A DNA stretch of 64,000 bases from an uncultured Gammaproteobacteria bacterium. Its GTDB lineage: Bacteria; Patescibacteriota; Microgenomatia; Levybacterales; UBA12049. The position numbers and the translations under genes are program-made. Positions within the stretch are counted from its first letter, which is position 1, and the number at the start of each line of letters is the position of its first letter. Location: NCBI GenBank assembly GCA_964490105.1, contig CAZAZU010000001.1, positions 370,361 through 434,360 on the forward strand, read 5' to 3'. Positions 19,585 through 30,100 of this stretch are shown here, piece after piece. The notes beneath the pieces are model-generated. The model ran no database searches. It was given only the letters and a program-made list of their open reading frames with translations, and had not been told where the DNA came from.

Positions 19585-19621
19585 ATGATACTAGGTCAGA
19601 AACTACCATGTCAAATTGACA
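19585..19621 (-). promoter_or_regulatory. promoter of the DUF4012 gene with a palindromic -35 region
   Basis: TTGACA (19614-19609)-18 nt-TATCAT (19590-19585)-6 nt-ATG; TGTCAA-A-TTGACA palindrome at 19609-19621. Confidence 0.65.
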
Positions 19622-19663
19622 AAATGTGATATGAGCGTATGGAATATATAAAATAGGACGAGG

Positions 19664-20329
19664 CTAGAGGGCGCCTTTTCCTGAAATCATTGCGCCGGGA
19701 GTTTTTGAGATTATTGATAAATCATAAAGAACAGATCTTTTCTTAACATACTCAGCATCCATTTTTATTCTCTTATCAAAGTTTATTTCCGATCGGCCAG
19801 ATACCTGCCAGTATCCAGTAACGCCGGGACGCACTGAAAGTACAATTTTTACAGATTCGCGAGTTTCCGGATATCTCATTTGTTGATCTCTAAGCTCATC
19901 CGGATAGTAGGCTCGAGGCCCTACAAGACTCATGTCTCCTTTTAGAATATTAAAAAACTGCGGTACTTCATCTAAAGAATGTTTCCTGATGAAATGCCCG
20001 ACGTTAGTAATTCTCGGATCGTCTTTTAATTTATAACTTCCTTTTTTGTAATCTCTGTATAGCTCGGCAAATTTAGGATTTTCGCGCAATAGTTCATGCG
20101 CATTTTCAATCATGGAGCGGAACTTATACATCTTAAAAAGTTTTCCATTTTTTCCAACCCTCTCAGGAGTATCTGCGAGAATTGGTCCCTTTGAATCAAG
20201 CTTAATTGCGATTGCTACGATGATAATTATTGGAGAAAAAATAACTATAAGGATTAACGAAAAAACTATATCAATAAGTCTTTTAAGAATCTCATAAATA
20301 ACACTTTTTCTGACTTCAATAATAGGCAT
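19664..20329 (-). CDS. priming undecaprenyl-phosphate sugar-1-phosphate transferase (Bac_transf family, CpsE/WbaP C-domain)
   Basis: KRLIDI, YKFRSM, DDPRIT, SLDEVPQF, GDMSLVGPR, PGVTGYWQV. Confidence 0.93.
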   Translation of the reverse strand: MPIIEVRKSVIYEILKRLIDIVFSLILIVIFSPIIIIVAIAIKLDSKGPILADTPERVGKNGKLFKMYKFRSMIENAHELLRENPKFAELYRDYKKGSYKLKDDPRITNVGHFIRKHSLDEVPQFFNILKGDMSLVGPRAYYPDELRDQQMRYPETRESVKIVLSVRPGVTGYWQVSGRSEINFDKRIKMDAEYVKKRSVLYDLSIISKTPGAMISGKGAL

Positions 20330-20330
20330 A

Positions 20331-21404
20331 TTAAGTAAGGTGCTCGTGAGGAGTTCCTGCTAGACTCTCAACTAATTTTTTAATTTTCGGAACTGATGAT
20401 TTAGGACAGACCAATACAACATCCTCTGTATTTATTACCAGCATTTCAGAAAGATCGATTCCGACCGTAAGCTGATTCGTGTAGTTAAAAACAAGACTGT
20501 CTCTTGAATCCTCAACCATAACTTTTCCTTTTGTAACGTTCTCGTCAGCTTCTTCACTAAGCGCCTCTTTGAGGGCTTCCCATGCGCCGATATCACTCCA
20601 TCCAATATCAACTGAGATTACAGAAATCTTACTCGTTGTAAATTTCTCAAGTATTGCATCATCAAAACTAATTTTTTCTAAAGTTGGATAGACTTCACTC
20701 AATGTTTTATCAAAGTCCTGAGAGTTAATTATCTTCATTAAATCTTCATACATTTGAGGAGCAAATCTTTCAAATTTTTCAATTAAATATGCAGGTGTTG
20801 TGACAAAATATCCTAAATTCCAGACATAATGTGAGTCTTGGAAAAAATCTTCAGCTTGAGATAATTTAGGACGATATTTGAGTTTTTTAAATTCTAACGA
20901 GCGAAGACCATCTTCTTCCCATAATTCATCTCCACAATAAATCCATCCCACATTCTGATTTGCAAATCTTGGTTTCTGACCAATAAATACGAAGTCTGAT
21001 TTACCATCCTTTATTGATTTTTCAGCCATACGAAGAGCTTTTTGAAAAATCTTTATCTCCTTAACCATGTGATCGCTCCAGATAATAGCCATTGGCTCGT
21101 TAGGAAATTTTTTATTAATAATTGCAGTAGTTAGTCCAATTGCAGGCCCTACATCGCGCATTTCAGGCTCGAATATAAAATTCTCCTGGGGTATATCTGG
21201 AAGCTGATCTATCACTATATCTTTGTACCTTTTTCCGGTTGCAACATAAATATCAGAAGGCGCAAACTCCGGCTGAAGTCTGGCAACAGCTTCTTGAAGC
21301 GTTGATTTGTCACCAATTAATTTTCCGAATTGTTTTGGAGTATTTTTCCTCGACAGAGGCCAAAGTCTTGTTCCCACTCCTCCTGCAAAAATAACTACCT
21401 TCAT
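20331..21404 (-). CDS. manC: mannose-1-phosphate guanylyltransferase (ManC-like, no PMI domain)
   Basis: AGGVGTRLWPLSR..PKQF, EP..RD, SDH, ISFD, WSDIGAW. Confidence 0.88.
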   Translation of the reverse strand: MKVVIFAGGVGTRLWPLSRKNTPKQFGKLIGDKSTLQEAVARLQPEFAPSDIYVATGKRYKDIVIDQLPDIPQENFIFEPEMRDVGPAIGLTTAIINKKFPNEPMAIIWSDHMVKEIKIFQKALRMAEKSIKDGKSDFVFIGQKPRFANQNVGWIYCGDELWEEDGLRSLEFKKLKYRPKLSQAEDFFQDSHYVWNLGYFVTTPAYLIEKFERFAPQMYEDLMKIINSQDFDKTLSEVYPTLEKISFDDAILEKFTTSKISVISVDIGWSDIGAWEALKEALSEEADENVTKGKVMVEDSRDSLVFNYTNQLTVGIDLSEMLVINTEDVVLVCPKSSVPKIKKLVESLAGTPHEHLT

Positions 21405-21520
21405 CCCGTTTAGAAGCAGATCGCGATCTACTTATCTTTCCTTTCTTTATTATATTTATTTAATTTCATAAGTTGTTTTCATTGCTAGAAACCTGATGCG
21501 ATCGCGGCTTCTAACGGGAT
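21403..21520. mobile_element. short element with terminal inverted repeats (MITE/REP-like) between two genes
   Basis: ATCCCGTTTAGAAGC at the left end versus GCTTCTAACGGGAT at the right end, internal GATCGCGATC/GCGATCGC palindromes, ATGAA on both sides on the minus strand. Confidence 0.7.
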
Positions 21521-22606
21521 TCATAAATTTGTTTTGTTTTCTAGAAATTTCTCTAGATTTTTTTTGAAATTCTCATACGAGAATCTCTCAGAATTTCCTA
21601 TTATATCAGCCTTATTATATAGTCTTTCATCAAATCTTTCCAATACTTTATTTAATGACTCAGGGCTTTGTTCTAGGAAAAACTCTCCCGTCACTCCTTT
21701 TAATACTATATCCAAAGCTCCTCCGCTTTTAAATGCAATAACTGGTTTTCCAAATAATTGCGCTTCTGCCATTACCAGTCCGAAATCTTCATTTCCTGGA
21801 AAAATTAAAGCTTTGCAATTTTCATAGTAATACCTAAGCTTCTCGTCTGTCAATTCTCCAAGAAATTGTATGTTCTTATTTGCTTGTTTTTTAAGAGAAA
21901 CCATCATGGGTCCTCCTCCCACAATCTTAAGGGGTAATCCATTCTGGTTAAATGCCGCAACTGCTAAGTCCACTCTTTTATAGTTGCTAAATCGAGACAT
22001 TCTGGATACCAAAAGAAAATAATCATTTTTTCTTTTTTTAATTTTTCTTGGCCTTTCTAACATTAAAGGAGGAAAAATTATTTCACTATCCCTATCGTAA
22101 TATTTTTTAATTCTGCTTTTTACTTCAGTTGAAATCGCAATCATATGATCAGGTCTTTTCGAAGCGACGAGATCCCAATTCCTTAAGTACCTTACGGTTC
22201 CCTTGGATAAGAACTTAAAAAGTGGGCTTTTAAAGTATTCATCATATCCACTCCATAGATATCTAGTGGGAGTTAAGCAGTAGCAAATATGCATTGTTCC
22301 CGGGTTTGTAATTATTCCTTTGGCTGCCTCACTTGTTACTGAAATTACTAAATCGTAATCATCAAAGGAAAAATTTTCAAAAGCGACCGGCATAAAAATC
22401 GCCAAAAGCTCATTATATTTTCGGAGCTTTGATGCGCTCTGAAGAAATGAAGTTTTAATTTCAAAGTCATTTGCCCAAGAGCTTCCTTCAAAACTCCGGA
22501 CTGAAGTAAATAAAGGTGCGTCTGGAAATATCCTATGCAGTGCTAAAAGTACCCTTTCTGCCCCACCCCATTTATTTACCCTGTCATAAACCAAGGCTAC
22601 TTTCAT
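21521..22606 (-). CDS. GT4 glycosyltransferase, WbaZ-like mannosyltransferase
   Basis: GGAERVL, CYCLTPTRYLW, EDFGLVMAEA. Confidence 0.88.
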   Translation of the reverse strand: MKVALVYDRVNKWGGAERVLLALHRIFPDAPLFTSVRSFEGSSWANDFEIKTSFLQSASKLRKYNELLAIFMPVAFENFSFDDYDLVISVTSEAAKGIITNPGTMHICYCLTPTRYLWSGYDEYFKSPLFKFLSKGTVRYLRNWDLVASKRPDHMIAISTEVKSRIKKYYDRDSEIIFPPLMLERPRKIKKRKNDYFLLVSRMSRFSNYKRVDLAVAAFNQNGLPLKIVGGGPMMVSLKKQANKNIQFLGELTDEKLRYYYENCKALIFPGNEDFGLVMAEAQLFGKPVIAFKSGGALDIVLKGVTGEFFLEQSPESLNKVLERFDERLYNKADIIGNSERFSYENFKKNLEKFLENKTNL

Positions 22607-23693
22607 ACAATTTATGTGTTTCCTGGGCAGTTTTTTTCCACGAATATTTATTTGCCTGCGCTATACCTTTTTTAACTAACTTTTCTTTTTCCTGGGAACT
22701 TAAACTTAGAACGTATTTCATTTTGGAAAGTATATCATCACTTCTATAATGATCAAAGTAGATAATTGAATCTCCAAATATTTCGTGGTGTACGGGTATA
22801 TCCGATGCCAAGACAAGGCAATTATTTTCTAATGCTTCTAAAGGAGGCAGGCTAAATCCCTCCATAAGACTTGGCCTGACTAGAGCAATGGCTCCTTTAT
22901 AAAGCTCTGACAATTTTTCATCATTTACATTCTCAAGAAAGTGTACGCTTCCTGTCTTAAAATTTTTCTTGACATGATCTTTTAATTTTTTATATAGAAA
23001 ATCGTTGCTTCCTACAAAAACTAAATTAAGCGATGAATCCTCCTTATGCAGTTTCCTAAAAGATTCAAGCAATAATCCTACATTTTTATGCGCAAATACA
23101 TTTCCCACATAAAGAAAATAATTTTTTATACCTTCTTCTTTCCCTGCTGAACTTCTTAAATCATCTGCAGCTTCATAAATAACTTCAATTTTCGATTTGT
23201 CTGTTTTCAAAGTATCCATAATATCTTTTTTTGTAAAGTCAGATACTGCGATAATTTTTTTCGAAATTCTGGCTGCATTTGTGACAACAATTCTGTAGGC
23301 AATCACTTTAAATCCCAAAAGCCATAGGGGAAGAGTAGAAGATGCGCCACTTACATAGTGGTGGAAAATTAAATCATGAATTGTAACTATATATGGACGC
23401 CTGTAAAAAACCGGGATACTAAAATAAGGAAAATGCATTAGATCTAATTTTTCTTTTTTTATAACACGTGGGAAAAATACTTGTTCTCTTATTGAGTGCC
23501 ATCTATATTCTGCATTCACTATTTTCCAATTTTTATTTTTTATTTTTTCTTCTATTTCTTTTCTGTCTTTTTTTTGAACAAACAAAACATATGAATTATT
23601 TTCATCAATTTCAGACAAATTAAAACAAAGATTTCGTATGTATCTTCCTACCCCGGTCTGCCCCCAAAGCCTTACATCAATTCCAATCTTCAT
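22584..23693 (-). CDS. GT4 glycosyltransferase (MtfB/WbkA-like)
   Basis: IGIDVR..TGVGRY, TIHDL, YVGN..HKN, EGFSLPPLEA. Confidence 0.9.
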   Translation of the reverse strand: MKIGIDVRLWGQTGVGRYIRNLCFNLSEIDENNSYVLFVQKKDRKEIEEKIKNKNWKIVNAEYRWHSIREQVFFPRVIKKEKLDLMHFPYFSIPVFYRRPYIVTIHDLIFHHYVSGASSTLPLWLLGFKVIAYRIVVTNAARISKKIIAVSDFTKKDIMDTLKTDKSKIEVIYEAADDLRSSAGKEEGIKNYFLYVGNVFAHKNVGLLLESFRKLHKEDSSLNLVFVGSNDFLYKKLKDHVKKNFKTGSVHFLENVNDEKLSELYKGAIALVRPSLMEGFSLPPLEALENNCLVLASDIPVHHEIFGDSIIYFDHYRSDDILSKMKYVLSLSSQEKEKLVKKGIAQANKYSWKKTAQETHKLYESSLGL

Positions 23694-24562
23694 ACAATGT
23701 TTTTTCTTTTTGCTAAAAATAGTTTTAAGTCAACTCCAAAATACACTAACCAATTTATGAAAAAGGGATAATTTTTAGAATAATGTTTTTTATAGAAAAT
23801 TTTCATTGTTGAATAAAAATATTCTAAGGACTTACTTCTTGTAGTTTTATTTGCACCTGATTTTTCCTGACTATGTTTTTTTATGCCAGAAGAAACTCCT
23901 TTTACATGCATGATTTTTACTTCAGGAACATACATTACTTTAAATCCGGCTTTTTTTACTCTGAAACATAAGTCAATGTCCTCACCATATAGAAAATATT
24001 CTTCATCAAAATACCCGATCTTTTCTAATACTGATTTTCTAATAAACATGAAAGCTCCCACTACTGAATCTACTTCATGGGTTTTTGTCATATCCCTATC
24101 TGTTAAGTGATAGAGCTTGTCATTCTTAAAAAAGAAGTACAGAAATGATGCAAGGAGAGTTGGAAAACCCCTGTGAGAAGCGGCATCAATTGAGCCATCA
24201 GTTTTTTCAACCTTGGACGACGCAATTCCAACTTCTTTATTTTTTTCCATAAAATCATAAATATATGAAAGTGTACCACTCGGAACTTCGGTATCAGGAT
24301 TTAATGTCAAAATATATTGCGATTCTGATTTTCTTAATACTAAATTATGCGCTTTACCAAAACCTAAATTATCTTTATTAATTATGAAATTAAATTCTGG
24401 AAATTTATTTTTTGCTTTTTCTGCACTTCCATCAGATGAAGCATTATCCACAACATAAACTTCAAAATCAATTTCTTGTTTTACTTTTCTTAAACTTTCC
24501 AAACAGCTTATTAGATACTCACCCGCATTATAATTAACAATTGAAATTGTAAGTTTTTTCAT
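23690..24562 (-). CDS. GT2 glycosyltransferase (WbbL-like)
   Basis: IVNYN, VDNASSDGS, NLGFGKAHN, LNPD, FLYGEDIDLC. Confidence 0.9.
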   Translation of the reverse strand: MKKLTISIVNYNAGEYLISCLESLRKVKQEIDFEVYVVDNASSDGSAEKAKNKFPEFNFIINKDNLGFGKAHNLVLRKSESQYILTLNPDTEVPSGTLSYIYDFMEKNKEVGIASSKVEKTDGSIDAASHRGFPTLLASFLYFFFKNDKLYHLTDRDMTKTHEVDSVVGAFMFIRKSVLEKIGYFDEEYFLYGEDIDLCFRVKKAGFKVMYVPEVKIMHVKGVSSGIKKHSQEKSGANKTTRSKSLEYFYSTMKIFYKKHYSKNYPFFINWLVYFGVDLKLFLAKRKNIV

Positions 24563-25728
24563 TAATTTAAGCTTTCATAAACTCTATCAAGTTTTTCAGA
24601 AATATTTTTCCAATCAAAGTTTTTTTCTATAAACTTTCTTCCGTTTCTGGAAATCTTTTCATATAAATAATCATCAGTTAAAAGTAATGAAGTTTTGTTT
24701 GAAAACTCCTCAGGCTTATCGCTAATTATTATCTCCTCATTTTCAGTCGCATTAATCCCCTCATTTCCAAGCTTTGTAGTCACTACTGGAGTACCGCACG
24801 ACATAGATTCTAAAATTTTAAAATTAGTTCCTCCTCCTACCCTAATTGGACTAAGTAAAATATCGGCTTCTTGAAAAATTTTTTCAGTTTCGTTAGAAGC
24901 ATTTTCGTCAAAAACAATTGAACCATCTTTAAGACTTTTAATAGATTCTGGAATCTTCTTTCCAACTACCCAAAGAACTGCATTAGGATTATTTTTTACA
25001 ACCTTTGGCCAAATATTTTTTATAATATAAACTATTGAATCTTTATTTTGAATCCATTTAAAATCTCCGATAAATAAAACTTTTTTATTTTCTTTGTCTT
25101 TAATTATTTTTTTCATTTTAAATTTATCTACATCAACTCCGTTTGGTATTACATCAACTTTTCTTCCCATTAAAGAGGCTTCAATTTCAGAGACAGCGAT
25201 AAGTCTTGTGGCTTTTTTCCAGCATACTCTCTCTGCTCTCTTTAGCTTCATTATATCCAGATATAAAAGCGGGCGCCCGAAAATTAAACTTTTCTTAACA
25301 AATTTTTCATAAACCTCATACTCTATATTATGCTCTGCTAAAACTACAGGTAAATCTGTCTTAGGCAAATTTTGCATTACATAAAAAGTCTCTACGTGAA
25401 TAAGATCAAATTCTTCCTCACTTATCAGTTTTGAAATTATTTTTTTCATTTCTAGACTCTTATGTCCAGTTATAAGGAACGGGTCTAAGGAAAAACCGGT
25501 TTTAAGTATATTTCTTGCACTCCACTGTTTTTTTCGCTCAACTGTATAAACTTTTTCACAAATCTTACCTACTTCATCAATATCTTTTTGAGATTGTGTA
25601 TCTCTTTTCTCGCAAACTAAAGTTATCGAATGTTTTTCGGACAGATTTTTTATTAAATTATAAAGCCGGATTTGACCGCCGGAAAAAAGAGGAAAAGGCA
25701 GATATGACGAAACAATTAATATTTTCAT
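24562..25728 (-). CDS. GT4 glycosyltransferase
   Basis: PFPLFSGGQIR, EHNIE, IPNGVD, GGGTNFKILE. Confidence 0.88.
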   Translation of the reverse strand: MKILIVSSYLPFPLFSGGQIRLYNLIKNLSEKHSITLVCEKRDTQSQKDIDEVGKICEKVYTVERKKQWSARNILKTGFSLDPFLITGHKSLEMKKIISKLISEEEFDLIHVETFYVMQNLPKTDLPVVLAEHNIEYEVYEKFVKKSLIFGRPLLYLDIMKLKRAERVCWKKATRLIAVSEIEASLMGRKVDVIPNGVDVDKFKMKKIIKDKENKKVLFIGDFKWIQNKDSIVYIIKNIWPKVVKNNPNAVLWVVGKKIPESIKSLKDGSIVFDENASNETEKIFQEADILLSPIRVGGGTNFKILESMSCGTPVVTTKLGNEGINATENEEIIISDKPEEFSNKTSLLLTDDYLYEKISRNGRKFIEKNFDWKNISEKLDRVYESLN

Positions 25729-27176
25729 GGGCTTTTTCTTAAATCAAAAATTATATATTCAGAAGTTTCTTCTAAAACTACATAGTCCTTTTTAAAATAA
25801 TCGTCTGCAGGTTTTGGATTTGCAATCACTAGATAATCAGCTCCCAAATCTTTAACCATTATATTTAAATCATCCTGATAACTAGACCAGCCTTTTCTTT
25901 TTGTTTGGTATAAAAATGATGTATCACCTTCATAATTTGCTATAACTAAACTATCCTTAGGCGTTAACTTATCAACTGCATTACCCGCTGTAATAATTGC
26001 TCGATTATTTATATTAAAATAATCTCTTACCTGATACCAGCTAAACATAAATGCAAAACCTAAAACTCCTATAAAAACTGTTGGGGCCAGATATTTGTTC
26101 GCCAAATTTTTTCCGAGTGTTAATAAAAAGTCTCCTCCAAGTCCAGCAAAAATACATAGAGTTGGAAGAATAAGAATTTGATAATAATCGTGCTGGATGT
26201 TTCCCCTAGCGATTACAGTTACATATAGAATTGAAGAAACAAGAAATGAATAAAAGAATAAATAACTGGTTTTTGTTTTTGCAACTAAACCAAGCACTAC
26301 CAAGAATACACCCCAATATCCCAAGATTAGTTTTGAAATTCTTTCAGCAAATATCCAATTAAAAAAGGCTCCCTTAAAGCGCATTCCGCCTTCATTAAAA
26401 AGCCAATTAGAACTAGGAATTCCTTCCGGGAATTGTGTCATCCATTGCCTCCAGCCAATCATTGGAAAAAGAGAAGCTGTACCAAACACCCAGAGATAAG
26501 GATTTAGAAACATTTTTAATCCAAACGCTTGATATGCTAAATAAATCATCGGTAGTGTAAAAAAAGCTGCAAAAGGTTTTAGTAAAAATGATACTCCTGT
26601 AAATAAGATTGATAAAGAATAAAATATTATTTTTTTATATTTCATTTTTTCCGACAGCCATAAATCGAAAAAATAAATCCCTGCAAGAATTGTCGCTGCG
26701 GTTGAAGTATCCGGCAAAATAGTTCTACCGTAATAAATACTGAATGGAAGAGCTGCAAAAACAAAAGCTCCAATAAGCCCCGCTCTTTCATTTTGGTGTT
26801 TTTTAAGAATTAAATATATTAAGAGAACTGTTAAAAGAGAAGCAAAAATAGTAATCAATCTTCCCCATTGCTCTAATGATAAAACAGGAAGCAACTTATA
26901 AAATCCTCCTTGGAACAAATTATAAATTGGAAATTCTACAAACCTGTATCCTTCTGGGTTATTTAGGCCAGATGGAACATTGGATAGATCGTGGTATTTA
27001 GGACGAAGTAAATTAAATCCATCTTGGACAAAAATTCTTGAGACTGATGACGTATCTGCCTGCCTCCAGGAATGCCAATCAGCAATCGGGCTATTAAATC
27101 TATAAAGTCTTAAGACAAACCCCAGAATAAGTATACCTACAAGAAGCCCCAGATGAATTCTTTTCATTAAGTTCAT
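25725..27176 (-). CDS. GT-C fold membrane glycosyltransferase (ArnT/PMT_2-like)
   Basis: About 11-13 TM segments, LRL..DWHSWRQADT first-loop motif, EFPIY, GRL, HDYY. Confidence 0.75.
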   Translation of the reverse strand: MNLMKRIHLGLLVGILILGFVLRLYRFNSPIADWHSWRQADTSSVSRIFVQDGFNLLRPKYHDLSNVPSGLNNPEGYRFVEFPIYNLFQGGFYKLLPVLSLEQWGRLITIFASLLTVLLIYLILKKHQNERAGLIGAFVFAALPFSIYYGRTILPDTSTAATILAGIYFFDLWLSEKMKYKKIIFYSLSILFTGVSFLLKPFAAFFTLPMIYLAYQAFGLKMFLNPYLWVFGTASLFPMIGWRQWMTQFPEGIPSSNWLFNEGGMRFKGAFFNWIFAERISKLILGYWGVFLVVLGLVAKTKTSYLFFYSFLVSSILYVTVIARGNIQHDYYQILILPTLCIFAGLGGDFLLTLGKNLANKYLAPTVFIGVLGFAFMFSWYQVRDYFNINNRAIITAGNAVDKLTPKDSLVIANYEGDTSFLYQTKRKGWSSYQDDLNIMVKDLGADYLVIANPKPADDYFKKDYVVLEETSEYIIFDLRKSP

Positions 27177-27188
27177 TTTAATTTATCC

Positions 27189-30100
27189 CTAGGGCATTAT
27201 CAAATCAGGAGGAGGACCAAACGGTCTTTCTATCTCGATCACATTCCCACTATCGGTAAATCTAAATACCGGGTGAGATAACGATAACCCAGCGGTATTA
27301 AGCGCAGCCTCATCAGAGGAATGAATAAACACTCTAGCATCGTCATTTTTAAATGCAAACCAAACAGCCTCTGAAAGACCAACCGGGAATACCCAGGCTT
27401 GACCATCTTTTGTAGGAACATTAACAAAATGGAACTGAGTATCTTTTTGCGACCAATATGATGTGTATTGTGACTCCATAGAAATAAAGAATCTCTTAGT
27501 TTTATTTCCTGCCTCATGCCAATTAAATAACGTACTTTGAATTTGAATTATGTGAAATAGTGCAAATACTAAAATGGCAACAGTTGTAAAACCAATAGCG
27601 ATTTCCTTACCGCTTTCTTCTAAATATCCATAAACTTTTTTAAGAATTATTACGAGAATAAATACAACTCCCATCGTTGATAGGTAGCTATATCGTGAGG
27701 TCATATTACCAAGCCCCAGGAATGGTAGAAGTGAAATTACAAAAAAGATAAATCCAAATACAATTATTCTTTTCTCCCAACTGCTAAATCTATGTGCGAA
27801 TAATTTATAGATGACCCAGCAAATTAAAGCAGGAATAGGAACAGCAATTAAAGAAATAATAATATTCTCTCTGGCAAAATTTCTAAGAGACTCATATAGC
27901 GGGAATGACATCGGACCCAAAACACCCAATGAAAAATAACCAAATACATTTCCGATTAAATTAAATGGAAGGTTAATTGGATCATAACTATAATCTCCGC
28001 TAAACCAATGACTCTTAGAAACCACACGTAGCACTAAATATCCTAGAATTGGAATCCATAGAATTAAATAATCGAATTTTCTTAGAAGACTTTTAATGCT
28101 TCCCATAAATCCATCCTTAAATATCTTGTATGCAAAAATAAGAAGTGGAGCTACAACTCCTAACTCATGGAAAATCAGAGCAAAACAAATAGAAATCAGG
28201 GAACCAATTAAGTAATAAATTTTCTTTTTTTCTTCCCAATGAATGAACAAAAGAATTGCTAATAATGAAAATACAGCGTTAAATAAATGCCCAATTGAAG
28301 AAATCCAAAATACATTTTCCAAAGGACCGCTTAGAATTAAGAATGTAAATGCGGCAAGTGCTGCTAGCTTAACTCCTCCAAATATTTTTCTTGCAATTAA
28401 GAAAAATAATGATGCTGCCATAAAATGCAAAACTAAGGATGAAAAATGATAAACAACTTGGTTAAGCCAGAATATTTGATACATAAGATAGAAATATATC
28501 TTCATCCCTGGTCTATAAAAGAATCCATCTGAATTAACAAAATAATTAACAAATAAATTTGGCGCAGAACAGTTACCACAGTCTGCTGCCCATTTAAGCC
28601 ATGTGAAATCATCAGCAACGAAATAATTTCCAATCATTGGAGCAAACAAAACAAGACAGAATACAAATAGATATGCTATCACTGCGTAACTCGAGGTCAG
28701 TGATTTTTTTATTTCATTTAAGAGCGTGAATGAATGTCTTCGATACATTTCAAGTGTTGCAATTGAAATTCCAACTAAGATCCAGAGTATGAATGCTATT
28801 TTAGAAGCCTCAAAAACATCAATAAGTGTCGCATTCAAGAACAGTCCTATTATTCCTGCTGATAAACCAAGAATAAAGCTTTTTGCTAGAGGTGAATCGA
28901 TATCAGGATATATTTTCTTTGTATAAATTCCTAGAATTAAGAATAAAAGTAAAAATGAGATAAACCCTAAGAGCCCTGTCTCACCAAGTATTCTTAAGTA
29001 ATTATTGTCTACCGCTAAACTTACTGATCCATAACCGCTTCCAACAAGTAAATTTCTCTTAAATGCTTCAATTGCTCTTGGCCATTCTCCTTGAAATCTA
29101 GTAGTAAACGACAAATCATAGGCTGAAGCTCTTTTAACAATAAAATTTCCCCTAAGAACTAGCGCTGAAGAAGATGACCCAGCATTGGATGGAAGTTCTA
29201 TAAAAAAACTATTTGCTCTCTTTACAACCGGTGATAAATAAAGATTTGTGTATCCTGTACCTTGAGGCAAATTTTCCCCAGTTGAAATATTTACTGCTGT
29301 TAAGATCGGCACTTCTTGGGGAATAAATCTATAGGGAAGAATTATCGCATCCTCTGAATCAACTTCTTCTTTCTGGCTGGCTCTAATTGCATCCGCAAGC
29401 TCTACTTGGTCTTTTACTGTTCTTTGAAGAACGATTTTATCCTTAAAATATTCTTTTGGGACAAATCTAACATGCCCAATTGATTCACCTGTCGCAGCGT
29501 CTACTAATACATCAGCCTCCGAAACTGTACTTTTAAATCGATCAAAAAGAGACGACTGAAGAGTTATAAAAAGAACTCCTCCGATTAGGGCAACTGGAAT
29601 TAAAGCTAAAAGTAATTTCTTTTTTTGAAATAATAGTACAAAACCTAAGGAAATAAATAATACAAAGAAGGATACTCGAGAAACAGTCATCAGAAGAAGA
29701 GCGACCCCAGCTAGAGAAATAACAACAACTAGTATTCGTACAAACCAATTCTTAAGCCCAAATGCAAGACTCACGAGAATTGGAATTACCAAAACCAGAT
29801 ATGCAGCCAAATCATAATGCCCTGCAAAAGTTGAAGGAACCCGAGATAATTCTGATAGCGTGATCGGAGTTCCCTTCGCAAACTCCTCGTTCATAGTTAA
29901 GAATGCAGGAAAACCTAAGTATTTTTGACCAAACCCATAAAAAATAACCGCTACTAAAGTAATAATCATAACCGACACAACGTATGGCAAATATTTCCTG
30001 TCTTTCATTCCGTGGTAACCTATGAAAAACAAGCTCATGTATTCGATGTGACGCACCAAACTCAAGAAAGCGACATTTGCAAAAGCGTTTGAGACAGTGG

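Noticed and set aside
21405-21520. Element as an in-frame N-terminal extension of ManC, or as a simple terminator
   Set aside because: The frame has several TAA stops, and the repeats are about 90 nt apart with no U-tract, unlike an intrinsic terminator
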